A DNA stretch of 63,356 bases, counting the filler. It is 5 parts of 5 records of this genome, joined end to end, with 100 filler letters (N's around TTAATTAATTAA, not from the genome) between each part and the next. Parts side by side here need not be neighbours in the genome. Positions count along the whole stretch, not along the records: positions 1 to 25,455 come from SRR31156797_1983; 4 more parts are not named here. One strand, 5' to 3'. A model generated the notes under the pieces. That model was given only the letters and a program-made list of their open reading frames with translations. It had not been told where the DNA came from and did not search any database. Shown here in pieces: positions 8,987 to 19,400 of this stretch. The translations under genes and the position numbers were made by a program. Position 1 is the stretch's first letter; each line of letters begins with the position of its first letter.

Positions 8987-9106
8987 ATGAAAAATAAAGA
9001 AATTAAAGCACTGATCGAACAAGGCATGTTTATGGTAAAGACCATAGTTGATGCAATTCTACCTGATGAAGAAAACAAAGAGGACAAGAACGATGACAAA
9101 GAGTGA
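8987..9106 (+). CDS. Small ORF, 39 aa with acidic tail
   Basis: MKNKEIKALIEQGMFMVKTIVDAILPDEENKEDKNDDKE; starts 4 nt after the previous stop and overlaps the next start. Confidence 0.5.
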   Translation: MKNKEIKALIEQGMFMVKTIVDAILPDEENKEDKNDDKE

Positions 9107-9974
9107 AATACTAAACACTATTGAGCTTAGACAGAGCACAATAAAGGACTTCCTTAACTGCCCTCTAATGTTTCGTTTTAAACACATTGAGAAGATACCC
9201 GAGACATTCAGATGTTCGGCAGCACTCCACGGTACAGCCTTACATAAGGTGATTTACAGGTTTCATACAGAGGACTGGAATTTGCCCCTTAGAAAGGCTT
9301 ATATGGATGCTTTAGAAGCTGCTGTTGCTGAGAATGAAGTAGAAGTGCGTTGGAAACAAACTCCCGAGAGGTATTGTGACAATGCGATTGAAATTCTACG
9401 TGGATATCGTGAGAATCCGATCAATTCTGAAGTAGAAGTTCTGTTCTCAGAAGTGCCATTCAAAGTTAGGATAAACGGCCATGTTCTTACCGGTACAATC
9501 GACCAGGTTAGAAGGAATCCAGATGGTACAACTGAACTGATCGACTTTAAGTCTTCACAACAAAGACCATCGATAAGCTTTCTAAAGAACGATTATCAAA
9601 TGAGGCTTTATTCAACTGCCCTTGCAACCGGGTGGGTAAAATCCAACGGAATATGGGTTAAACCACAACTGCATGTTAACTATGGATCCTGGTATTTTTT
9701 GCGTGGTCATGAAATCCGGAAAAGAACAACATCAAACGGTAAGATTGGTGAACAGAAAGGTGAACCTATAATTCGCACAAAGAGAACTGCTGAAGATCTA
9801 AAGCTATTTAGAGTTGAGCTTAAGGCCCTGTTTAACAGCATGCTAAGAGATTGGCACTATCCTGATCCATCACATTGTATTATGTGTCACTATCAGAGCT
9901 ATTGTAATAGCAGGAGTTTAGGTGGCTATGATCTAAGTGAAGAACAGAAAGAATCAATTAAAGACATAAACTAA
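9093..9974 (+). CDS. PD-(D/E)XK nuclease, Cas4/AddB-like with four putative Fe-S cysteines
   Basis: FLNCP...GTALH, E...GTIDQV...LIDFKS, QMRLY, C-terminal CIMC-x5-C. Confidence 0.88.
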   Translation: MTKSEILNTIELRQSTIKDFLNCPLMFRFKHIEKIPETFRCSAALHGTALHKVIYRFHTEDWNLPLRKAYMDALEAAVAENEVEVRWKQTPERYCDNAIEILRGYRENPINSEVEVLFSEVPFKVRINGHVLTGTIDQVRRNPDGTTELIDFKSSQQRPSISFLKNDYQMRLYSTALATGWVKSNGIWVKPQLHVNYGSWYFLRGHEIRKRTTSNGKIGEQKGEPIIRTKRTAEDLKLFRVELKALFNSMLRDWHYPDPSHCIMCHYQSYCNSRSLGGYDLSEEQKESIKDIN

Positions 9975-9986
9975 GAAAGGTACGAC

Positions 9987-10706
9987 ATGGAACAGAATAT
10001 TGTAAAAGCAGATGAGGTAAATGCCATGCTTCTTCAGAATGGTTTTGATCCCGACTCTGAAATGGTTAATACAAGCCCACATACTGGTGGCTTTGATTTG
10101 CCTCGAGTCAGGATAGAGATCAAAGACAATGGAAATCACCGGCTTTATATTGACAGGGGAGAGTCATACAGCCAGGATTCTCAGAGGGAGGAGTATCTTC
10201 CTGAAAACAAGCTTCAAGGTGTGGTTATATCAAACCAGCGTATCAAGGCATTCTGGAAAGAAGGTGATACAATACCTTCATGTAGTAGCATTGATGGGAT
10301 TATCCGTAGTGAGAACCCGGTATCAAGCAATTGCATGAAGTGTCCAGAAGCCGTTGTAGGAGATGGCAATTGTAAGCCCAAGGAAAGACTGCTCCTAATT
10401 GCCAAGATCGATGAACAGATCATCCCGTTGTTATTGGCCCTGCCCCCGACCAGTATAAAGCATTTTGAGGCGCATAAGCGCCGTCTAATGCGTTCAAAGC
10501 TCCCTTTGATAGCAGTGAACACAGTTATGACTTTGACGGCCATAAAGAAGAATGGATACAACTGGGCTGAGATTGAGTTTTCAATAAACGGTGTAGCCGA
10601 TTCTGAAATGCTTGCTGTTGCAAAGAAGGCTAGAGAGGAGCTCCAACGCTTCACTGAAGGTGTCGGCTCAAACGACTATTCAGAGCAGGGTGATAAAGCT
10701 ACTTAA
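9987..10706 (+). CDS. Phage-type protein, putative ssDNA-binding/recombination accessory
   Basis: LPRVRI, CSSIDG...CMKCP...CK, LALPPTSIKHF pattern recalled from phage replication modules; function inferred. Confidence 0.5.
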   Translation: MEQNIVKADEVNAMLLQNGFDPDSEMVNTSPHTGGFDLPRVRIEIKDNGNHRLYIDRGESYSQDSQREEYLPENKLQGVVISNQRIKAFWKEGDTIPSCSSIDGIIRSENPVSSNCMKCPEAVVGDGNCKPKERLLLIAKIDEQIIPLLLALPPTSIKHFEAHKRRLMRSKLPLIAVNTVMTLTAIKKNGYNWAEIEFSINGVADSEMLAVAKKAREELQRFTEGVGSNDYSEQGDKAT

Positions 10707-10710
10707 TAAG

Positions 10711-10734
10711 AAAGACCCTACGGGGTCTTTTTTT
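10711..10734 (+). terminator. Intrinsic terminator of the DUF932-RadC operon
   Basis: AAAGACCC-TACG-GGGTCTTT plus T-tract. Confidence 0.88.
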
Positions 10735-10783
10735 GCCCTATATATTGGAATAATATTAATGTATATTATAAAAGGAGGTCGTT

Positions 10784-11524
10784 ATGCAAAGAATGATAAA
10801 AATCATAGTGAACTATATATTGCCGGTTATTGTGGCAGGCTTAGCTTTATTTGGAACAATAAAAAGCTGCAACAATGAAAAGAAAATTAATGCTTTTAAT
10901 TATCGGTTAAATGCAAATCAATTTAGACCACAAATAATAGCAAAAGAACCCCCTGTAATAGATAGCATTTATTTGGAAATTAAAGATTACACAATAGGAA
11001 ACGGATCTGCTTCTGCGGGTGGATATTTACACTATAATGCCACACTTACTCTGGAGAATATTGGTAACACCAAGGCTAGTATAGGAGCAGTTATGTTTGT
11101 AGATACACTTTCTTTTAGAAGTGAGTTGCGTAAAATCACTTTGGGCGCGAAGAATATCCCTAAAGATAAATCTGCTGGAGAAATAAATCGATTGATTGAG
11201 TTGTTACCTGAAGAAACATATGATATGAAAATATCACGTAAAATATCATATCCGATAAACCAAAAATTCAATATCCATATTCTAGTTTTTTATATAAATG
11301 AAATGTACAACTTTTTTGATTCTTATTTTTGGTATGAATATGAAATTGGTGATCATTTTGTTGTGCAAGAGGAAACAATGTTACAGAAAGGTTTAAAACT
11401 TAGGATTCCAACTGCAAATCTTTTGTTAATTGATTCGAATAAATCTTCAAAGATTTATAATAAAAATGAAATTCTAATGTGGTGGGATTTTAAAGAAAAA
11501 CTTAAATCTAACTCAAAGAGATGA
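10784..11524 (+). CDS. Hypothetical membrane-anchored protein
   Basis: AGGAGG RBS, N-terminal hydrophobic helix, beta-rich remainder. Confidence 0.75.
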   Translation: MQRMIKIIVNYILPVIVAGLALFGTIKSCNNEKKINAFNYRLNANQFRPQIIAKEPPVIDSIYLEIKDYTIGNGSASAGGYLHYNATLTLENIGNTKASIGAVMFVDTLSFRSELRKITLGAKNIPKDKSAGEINRLIELLPEETYDMKISRKISYPINQKFNIHILVFYINEMYNFFDSYFWYEYEIGDHFVVQEETMLQKGLKLRIPTANLLLIDSNKSSKIYNKNEILMWWDFKEKLKSNSKR

Positions 11525-11961
11525 TAAATAACTATATCATCTCTTGAAAAAAATATAAAAAAATCTAAGCAATTGATAATAGCCCGGGAATCGGGATCGA
11601 TCTTTCAAATTGCTTATAAAGATCATTTAAAAATTCCCAAAAAATATATATAGGATTGATATCTGTATAGGAAATCGAAAAAACCTTTGAGGGCGGGCGG
11701 AACCAGGCGAACTCTGACTAAGTAAAGTAGAATAGTAAGTACTGGAGTGAACAGTTGGGACCGATTTAATATTGAATATTGTGATCTCATTAGATCATTC
11801 TTTACAAAAACGACATAGATATTTATGCTTATTAAGATTGAAACCTTAGCTTTAAAGGGCTAATCATATGTTTTTGCTCATTGGTGCGATTTTAAATTGT
11901 GCGGTGTTTATGAGTTTTAAACAACGCAACTCGGCCCTATGTAATTTGTTTAATGCCTATT

Positions 11962-12200
11962 TGTAGACTATATCCTCTACATCCTCTACACTAATATCTA
12001 GTGTTTAAGCGGGTTTTAGGGTTTTGTAGGTGTAGAGGATAGATATTGACCGTGACAGAGAGCTATATATGATTTATTAATTATTTTATTCTCTGAATTT
12101 ATCTTCTATCCTCTACAAACACTAAAAACAGCATTTAAGCCTTTAAATAAGCTGAAAAAAGTGTAGACTATATCCTCTACAAAGGTCTACATCCTCTACA
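11962..12200. repeat. Iteron cluster, putative replication origin
   Basis: ATCCTCTACA at 11972, 11981, 12108, 12172, 12191 and inverted at 12031; TGTAGACTATATCCTCTACA duplicated at 11962 and 12162; AT-rich core about 12064-12100. Confidence 0.8.
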
Positions 12201-12201
12201 A

Positions 12202-14361
12202 TTAAAAAGGATAATTCGAATCTTCATCAACTTCATCCCATGATATTGAGAATCCTTTCTTATTTTGAGATCCGAAACGTAACTGTATAGCCTGACCAAT
12301 ATATTCCGCTGCCAATCTTCCGAAGGTAACAGTTGTTAGATTCTTACCATTAATGTTATTATATAATAGGCACAGATCTTCAGTTTTACATTTATCTGCA
12401 CCACTTAAAGAATTCAATTTAGCTTTTACTTTCATATTCATCGCCAATGAATCACGACTACGATCCTCTGTAATATTATCCCACATCCATTGGAGATTAC
12501 CTGCTTTAACAGCTTCAAAGAACATCTCCGCATTAGTTTTAGACATAGTTTGCAATAAACGCTTAGGTTCATTGTCAATCACCTTGCCAATAAGACCTTC
12601 ATTAACCTGATATTGCTTCAAATACCAAACAAACTCTTCTAATTCATTTTCAATAAACTCGATCATTTTGAAATATCCCGGCCACCAAGATGCATTAGCA
12701 ATTTTAACCTCCTGTCTTGGGGCAACATTAAAACGCCTGTCATCTTCAGCTAGAGTCAGTGCGTGTCGTCTATTTGTTGCAAAGAACATTGTGCAATGAT
12801 TTTTACCAATAACTCTTTTAACTCCTTTATCTTCAATCTGAATATTTAGATCTGTAATGGCTTGCTTCATTTTCTCAACAGTATTTAATTCCTTTTGTTT
12901 ATTTCCAGAGAAATTCCCGCTGATCTCATTTACAAGCATAGCAATGTGTTCTTGGAGATATGAGTTAAATTCCTTACCAAATGCATCCTGGTCAGTTTGA
13001 ACACTATATTGTTTACCAATGATAGGGCGGATAACATTATCAAAAAATACACCTTTCCCAGTACCTTCAGTACCTTGCATTAGATATGTTGTTGTCAGTT
13101 TGACTCTTTTCTGGACCCACCAGGCAATGTCATTATAAAATCTATCAATGATATCCTTATCATGAGCTAGAATGTGATCGATCAGTTTTCCAATATAGTT
13201 TGGAATCGATGCAATATGACCAGCAGGTGCTTGAGATTTTATCAAGTCTGTGGCACTGTATCTGTTTACAAATCCTTTCTCGAAATTAAACATGTTATCA
13301 GATTCAAACACGAGCTCATATCTTGCCCTGGGGTAGATATCTGGCACAGGTATTTTATGGTATTTGCAGAACTGTACAGTATGCTCCTTGCTTCCCATTT
13401 CTCTAATGATAAATTCATTAAGCCCTTTTTCATAACAACCGGCATAATATGAAGGATTAATATTGTCTATAAATACAATTTTATCTTCAAGATTGTGTCG
13501 ATAGATCAGAGCATCTGTATCATCAAAATTGTAAACACCTTCATTGCCATTGCCCCGTGATTTACAGCTTTGACAGAAGAGGATAGGTAAATCTTTTTCA
13601 TTTAACATGATCGTTGCATTATGTTGATCACCGGCTCTCTCTTTAGACATACCACAATAGGGACAATAAATTGACTCATCGGGTATAATATCAATGATTC
13701 TCTTTTTAATTTGATTTTCATCCAATACGAAGTCTGAAACCTTAATAAGCTTTTTCTCGGTTCTTTTCCATTTCCCCTTGTTTTGTTGTTCAGCTTTAAC
13801 TAGATACCCTTCAAGGTCTGGGATTTCTTTCCACTTAAACGGTCCCTTATCATCAACGAATACAGATACTGTCATTGTACCATGAGCAAAATATCGAGAT
13901 GGATCCATAAATGATCTATCTATATGAGGATATTTCTCAATAAAGTATTTTTTTACTGCTGATAGCTCGGTTATAGTTCTAAGTGGTTCATTCAGTGGTA
14001 TTAATAATCTAAGCCTATCACAAACGATGCCATTCTTATCTTTCTGATGATTCTGACTTGAAAAGAGATAACTATCATGCTCTAAAGTCTGTTGTTCTTT
14101 TATTAGATCATCCAAAGTCATCTGGCCATCATCGAAATCCAACATAATTGCTGTGGCTTCCTGCCAATGTGCATTATCTCGTTTTCCAGATTTGTAATGA
14201 TTGGGACTAATCCCATTTTGAATTGTAAATTCTTGGACTTTTTCTTTAGTCCATTCTAGAGTGGTTTGGTGCCACCCTTCAGCTACGCGCGAATTATTAT
14301 ATATTTTATCTTTACTTGGATCATAATTCTCGCATACACTTATTAAATATTTGTTTTTCAT
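12202..14361 (-). CDS. Primase-polymerase/SF3 helicase (AEP-like N-terminus, Zn finger, DUF5906/D5-like NTPase)
   Basis: LDFDDG, SSQNH, RLRLLIPL; CPYC...CQSC; Walker A GTEGTGKG, Walker B LVNE, FFATN, DDRRF. Confidence 0.9.
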   Translation of the reverse strand: MKNKYLISVCENYDPSKDKIYNNSRVAEGWHQTTLEWTKEKVQEFTIQNGISPNHYKSGKRDNAHWQEATAIMLDFDDGQMTLDDLIKEQQTLEHDSYLFSSQNHQKDKNGIVCDRLRLLIPLNEPLRTITELSAVKKYFIEKYPHIDRSFMDPSRYFAHGTMTVSVFVDDKGPFKWKEIPDLEGYLVKAEQQNKGKWKRTEKKLIKVSDFVLDENQIKKRIIDIIPDESIYCPYCGMSKERAGDQHNATIMLNEKDLPILFCQSCKSRGNGNEGVYNFDDTDALIYRHNLEDKIVFIDNINPSYYAGCYEKGLNEFIIREMGSKEHTVQFCKYHKIPVPDIYPRARYELVFESDNMFNFEKGFVNRYSATDLIKSQAPAGHIASIPNYIGKLIDHILAHDKDIIDRFYNDIAWWVQKRVKLTTTYLMQGTEGTGKGVFFDNVIRPIIGKQYSVQTDQDAFGKEFNSYLQEHIAMLVNEISGNFSGNKQKELNTVEKMKQAITDLNIQIEDKGVKRVIGKNHCTMFFATNRRHALTLAEDDRRFNVAPRQEVKIANASWWPGYFKMIEFIENELEEFVWYLKQYQVNEGLIGKVIDNEPKRLLQTMSKTNAEMFFEAVKAGNLQWMWDNITEDRSRDSLAMNMKVKAKLNSLSGADKCKTEDLCLLYNNINGKNLTTVTFGRLAAEYIGQAIQLRFGSQNKKGFSISWDEVDEDSNYPF

Positions 14362-14375
14362 TTTTTATTAATTGG

Positions 14376-14618
14376 TTACACATAGCCTTCCCCTCCTATG
14401 CTTAGGGCTTTGAGCTTACGGACCGCTTTCTTGAACCGTAAGGGATCAACCTGGCCTTTATGCCAGTAATAATCACGTTTGAGAACTTGAAATTCATCTG
14501 TGTCCTCAAATTCAAAAAGTTTTCTTCCTCCGTCGACTTCCTGGAGGCCTAATATTTCAATTCCGTGCTGGCAAATAAAAGCAGCCAGCCATATATCTTG
14601 TGTAGTCGTTCTTAACAT
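14376..14618 (-). CDS. DUF5659-like small protein
   Basis: TQDIWLAAFI...G...KLFEFEDT pattern, upstream of the primase. Confidence 0.75.
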   Translation of the reverse strand: MLRTTTQDIWLAAFICQHGIEILGLQEVDGGRKLFEFEDTDEFQVLKRDYYWHKGQVDPLRFKKAVRKLKALSIGGEGYV

Positions 14619-14803
14619 TCGTTCTTTTCTCCATCGGTTAAATTAATATGAGAAATAACCCATATTTAAAGCTTATCGTCTTTTCTTCTCTCGTCTACTT
14701 TAATCTTCGTGATATTTGTTTGGTTTGTGGGTACCGCTTGACGGTACAAAGGCCGTTGTTGGCCTGATTTTCTCTAAGCAAAATCATTTCTTGCTTATAC
14801 TAT

Positions 14804-14832
14804 AATATAAGATATTTTCGGGTAAAAATCAA
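14804..14832 (-). promoter_or_regulatory. Predicted promoter of the replication operon
   Basis: Minus strand TTGATT-17-TATATT about 185 nt upstream of the DUF5659 start. Confidence 0.5.
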
Positions 14833-14986
14833 GTATTATGTAAACTAAATTACACGTAAAAACAACTATTTAACCCGAATTTGGTGATCCTTGTCACATT
14901 TTTGGGCAGGGAGGTGGATTTGTTGAAAATTTGCCTTATATTACATCAGGTTTCTGGCAAACTTGTAATAATAAGATGCAACTTCT

Positions 14987-15018
14987 GGCCATCCGGGTAA
15001 CTCCGGGTGGCCTATTTT
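14987..15018 (+). terminator. GC-rich hairpin just upstream of the HNH gene RBS
   Basis: GGCCATCCGG-GTAACT-CCGGGTGGCC followed by TATTTT. Confidence 0.6.
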
Positions 15019-15030
15019 AAGGATAATGCT

Positions 15031-16044
15031 ATGATAAAAGAGAACCAACTCGATGCTGATAGTATATTTTATAAAATTGATAAAAGAAATTATGATGATA
15101 GTTGCTGTTTTTTATGTGGAGAAGAGCTAAATGATCAGAATAGATCCAATGAACATGTGATTCCAAGATGGTTACAAGAAAAATACAATCTTTGGAATCA
15201 AGATCTTGGCTTAATCAATGGTACGAATATTAAATACCGTCAATTAACAATACCTTGTTGCTCAGATTGTAACACGAAATATTTAAGTTCTCTGGAAACA
15301 AGAATATCACAAGCAGCAAACAAAGGTTATCATGAATTTGTCAAATTAAACAAAATGGATCTATTCTATTGGCTTGGGAAGATATACTATGGGCTAATGT
15401 ATAAAGAAATGTTTTTATCAAAAAATCGTAAAAATCCCGATGAAGGGACAATACTAGATATAGAATATATTAAATCCTTTCGAGTCCACCATATGTTTCT
15501 CATGGGAATTAGGGGGAATCATAGTTGTGAAGATTTCTTCCCTGCATCAATATATGTTGTAAACACTCAGAAGCCCAATAAAATTGAGCATCAGTGGGAT
15601 TTTTTTGATAAACACTATAAAATGTTTATTGCGATAAGGTTTGGCGATATTGGGCTTGTTGCTAATCTTCAAGATATGGAAGCAGTGAAAGAATCAATCA
15701 AACTGGACGAGTTTTTTATGTTTAAATTACACCCTTTTCAATTTAAAGAAATGTCGGCCGTAGTTTTTAATACATATTTGAGAATGAATCGAACACCAAA
15801 ATTTATTTCGCACGAAGACACAAGGGGGATGAATTCAGTAATAAGAACAAGTTTAGCTCCATTACAAGGTATGAGTTCAAAGCCAGTCTTTGATGATTGG
15901 AGTGATGAGATGTTTGCTGAAGTACTAGCGAGTTTTATGGGTATGCCTTATGAATATATTAACCCTGAACCGGGTAAATTTAGGTCATTTATCTTTGATG
16001 AAGACCATAAACCTAAGTACATACCCTTTATTGAAGATGAATAA
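15031..16044 (+). CDS. HNH-like endonuclease domain protein
   Basis: CFLCG...SNEHVIPRWL...PCCSDCN Zn/HNH pattern followed by an unknown C-terminal domain. Confidence 0.75.
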   Translation: MIKENQLDADSIFYKIDKRNYDDSCCFLCGEELNDQNRSNEHVIPRWLQEKYNLWNQDLGLINGTNIKYRQLTIPCCSDCNTKYLSSLETRISQAANKGYHEFVKLNKMDLFYWLGKIYYGLMYKEMFLSKNRKNPDEGTILDIEYIKSFRVHHMFLMGIRGNHSCEDFFPASIYVVNTQKPNKIEHQWDFFDKHYKMFIAIRFGDIGLVANLQDMEAVKESIKLDEFFMFKLHPFQFKEMSAVVFNTYLRMNRTPKFISHEDTRGMNSVIRTSLAPLQGMSSKPVFDDWSDEMFAEVLASFMGMPYEYINPEPGKFRSFIFDEDHKPKYIPFIEDE

Positions 16045-16367
16045 TGATAAAAATCCCCACAAACCTCACCGAAGCACTCCAGGAACTCGAATCCCAACTT
16101 GAGGACCAGGAAAAAGATCAGATCCGAGATTTAGGAGAAGATGAATTTGTAACCCTATCTCATATGTTCATGGGGCAGAAGCTCCGGAACCTGTGGTTAT
16201 ATCCACAGGACTCTCCTCTAAGAAAATTCCTTAGTGATGAAGGTCTCTTCAGCGAAGATGATATGTCCGATATTATCCTGAGATCCTTTTACCGGCATCT
16301 GAAAGGGGAGTATGTAAGGTACGAGGAGCAGTTGGAGGGGAAACCGAGGTATAAAGAACCTGTTTAG
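16044..16367 (+). CDS. DUF6794-like protein
   Basis: IPTNLTEA...HMFMGQKLRNLW...DDMSDIILRSFYRHL; TAATG overlap with the HNH gene. Confidence 0.75.
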   Translation: MIKIPTNLTEALQELESQLEDQEKDQIRDLGEDEFVTLSHMFMGQKLRNLWLYPQDSPLRKFLSDEGLFSEDDMSDIILRSFYRHLKGEYVRYEEQLEGKPRYKEPV

Positions 16368-16470
16368 TGGTTCTATTTCAAACCTTTCTGATCATAATAC
16401 TTTCAATAACTGAATAATACTGGCAAGATAATGCGTGGAATGTGGTGAATATGTTTATGTATATAAGGGG

Positions 16471-19400
16471 TCAAAAGTCGTGTTTTCTAATTGCTATAAA
16501 CTCATCAGCTTTTTTTTGCTCTGATTTAATTCTATCATCAAGAAATGCTATATAATCGTCTACGAAATCTCTAATATATTTTCTTTTATCTTTTTTCCAA
16601 TTATTGATAACCTGTTTTTTCGTTTTTAATTGTTTTACAAAACCATACTCGCCTTGAACTGCACCTCCAGAAGATAGATTTAAGAATAATCTTGAGTGAT
16701 ATTCGGGCATAAATCTGATCATTGTTTGAACAGCTTTACTATCTAAAGAAAAATGAGGTTCGTAGCTTTTAAAGACCCTTAGTACAATCTCAATATTATT
16801 TTTCTCTTTGGATTTAATTAATTCAATTAAATTATCATCAATATCTTTAAGAGAGAAAATCACAGAGATTAAATGTCCTGCTTCAAAACTATATAAATAA
16901 TTCTTCTTTTTAAACCAGGTTAATAATTCAGGAAAAACTAATGATTTATATTTATTCAACGTCGAATTTAATTTTCTAAAATTATGGGGAACATCGCTAT
17001 ATAAATATCGCTTTTCATCCGCAATTTCATAACTAATTCTTTTTTGGAAAAACTTAATTATTCTCAATGGGAATTTGTTGGCAACTGTTGAAAGAAAAAT
17101 TTCTAAACCGTGACCTAATCTGGGTTTAATAATCAGGTTGTTAAGTATTGTTATGTACTCGTTTTCTTTAAAACTATCATATATTTTTGTATCGTGTAAT
17201 GATAGATTTTCAATCCACAAAAACGATTTATATTTTGTTAGCAGCTTTATTGATGCAATTAAAATGGTTTTTTGTTTCTTGGTGTTAATTTTATTATACC
17301 ATATTGATTTTATGAGTAAGGACAGGGCATCAATATAATTTGTAAATCTTAATCTATCATATATTTTTTGAATTAGTGTTTCATCAATTTCATCAACATA
17401 AAAAAATACAGAGGCACATATATCAAGAAACTGGTTATTGTCAATCCATTTATTAATGGTTTTTATTGCTAGATTATTAGATGAGCTTTTCCATATACCA
17501 GAAATCAGAAAAACAAGAAATGGTTTAAAGAGAATGCTGTGCTCATTGATAATCTTAAGTGCTATAGTTGGCTTTTCCTTACCAAGTTCAGTAAGGAAAA
17601 TATTCAAAAATTGATATTTACCGGGATCATTGTTTTCGGGATAATTAGTAACTATTGGTAATAATTTTCTCATCCATAGATTATATGAGTTATCATCAAT
17701 TTGGTTAATTATACCTTTTATTCTACTTTTACGATCATCTTGGATTTCTTGATAGGTTAAATCTTTATCATAATGATACTCATATCCAACTAACACTTTA
17801 AAGAAATTATAATCCGAATTTTTGGTTATTAGAGATTTAACTTTTAATAATTGTGGGTTGTTTTTAGGTAGAACTTTCTCAATGTATAATAATTGTTTCT
17901 CAATAATTTGAATTACTTCATTTTGTTCCAAATCAAAATATGATATGTAAAAATCAAGAATCTTGATCGTATCATTAATAACCATACTTTTTATGTTTTC
18001 ATTTGTTTCTACTAATTGAGGAACTTCATGGAGTTTTTCTAAAATTATCCTCTTGGTTTTTAAATCATTAAATAGATTATATAGTTTAAATAAAAAATTT
18101 ATAGCCTTATTTCTAATCGCTATTACTGTTTCATTGGGCTCTATATATCCACGAATAGACATAACAGTATTATAGCTTGTCATCTCTAAAGAATTAAAAG
18201 AAATTGACAATAATTCTTCAATAATTAACAAAAGTGGTTCTAAGTATACTTTAATATCATCATCACTAAAATCAACCAGTATATTGATAATATCATCTTG
18301 TGGATAATATCCAATTTCTCTAACTACACGATGATTATATTCAGATAGTAAATGAATGGTTTCTAGAGCAATCCCTTTTATTGATTCATTTTCATTTATT
18401 GAGAAATTCAATAATTGCTGAATCGAATACTGAATATTGAAATATCTAAGATGTTTCATCATATCGATTGCTTTTATTAATAGATCATCATGTGATTTTC
18501 CACTTATTTCCCATGCTAACATTTTTGTTGATTTAACCGGTGCGATTATTTTGCTTGAAATGATTTTCTTAATTAATTCTATCCCAGGCTCGGGGGTAAT
18601 GTGAATAAACTCTTGAATAAGATTTAATTGTTCTATAATAGTATCATTATCATCATAGTTTTCATAATTGCTGATAAAATCTTGAATGTATTCCTTAAAA
18701 TATATTTTAATTTTATCGTGCTCAATTTTAACTAGTTGTCTAAAAGCTCTTCTTTTCTCATCGAAATCCAAAATTCTATCAATTTTATCAAATTTAAAGG
18801 AAGGTGAGTCCATTAATTGAAATATTGCTTCAATACCTAATTTATCATTATCTATTAAATAATAATTTTCAGTACTACTTATAATATTTTCTTCTACTAA
18901 GGCATTAATGTACAAATTAACTTTAGTGTTATCAGCACCTAATAATTTTGAGAAATATAGTACAGATTTTTCTTTTTTGAGTAGACCGAATAAATATATT
19001 AATCCAATACAATCACTTAAATCACGTTCATATTTACTCGTAACATTGTCCAATTTTCTAGAGATTAAACCAAAATCATCTTTTTGTGCAAATTTTTGCC
19101 ATTTGAAATTTATTTGGGCAAAATTACCAGCAACTTCATTTTTGGATAAATCAAAAGATCTTCCTTTGTTATCTTTTGATAGTCTCAGTGTTTTTTTAAT
19201 ACTTTCACTAATGAACAACCAGTATACTTTCTCAGTTGTTGTATTGACAACAAAAAAAACGGTAGGAACATTAGTTGAAATAAGAAAATCTAAGATCTTT
19301 CGGTTTACAAAGTACTTTTTTACACTTCTTATTTTGCTGTGTGATTTTAATTGGTAGTGCAAATACAAATTGAGATAAGTTGATACACCATCCCTTAATC

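Noticed and set aside
9093-9974. Cas4-like nuclease as evidence of CRISPR-Cas
   Set aside because: No cas1/cas2 and no regularly spaced repeat-spacer array seen anywhere in the window.
11686-11716. GC-rich patch GAGGGCGGGCGGAACCAGGCG as a cos or oriT site
   Set aside because: No terminase or relaxase in the contig and no flanking structure to support it.
11962-12200. Repeat cluster as a CRISPR array
   Set aside because: Units are 10-20 bp, irregularly spaced and in mixed orientation, which fits iterons.
14819-14846. TTATGTAAACT, resembling a Firmicutes XerD-type arm
   Set aside because: No partner arm ending in TAA at 6-bp spacing; half-site only, in AT-rich promoter DNA.
18495-18520. AWEISGKS matching the Walker A pattern in the 1023-aa protein
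   Set aside because: It lies after the winged-helix-like segment in helical context, with no preceding hydrophobic strand or evident Walker B. Treated as chance pending structure prediction.
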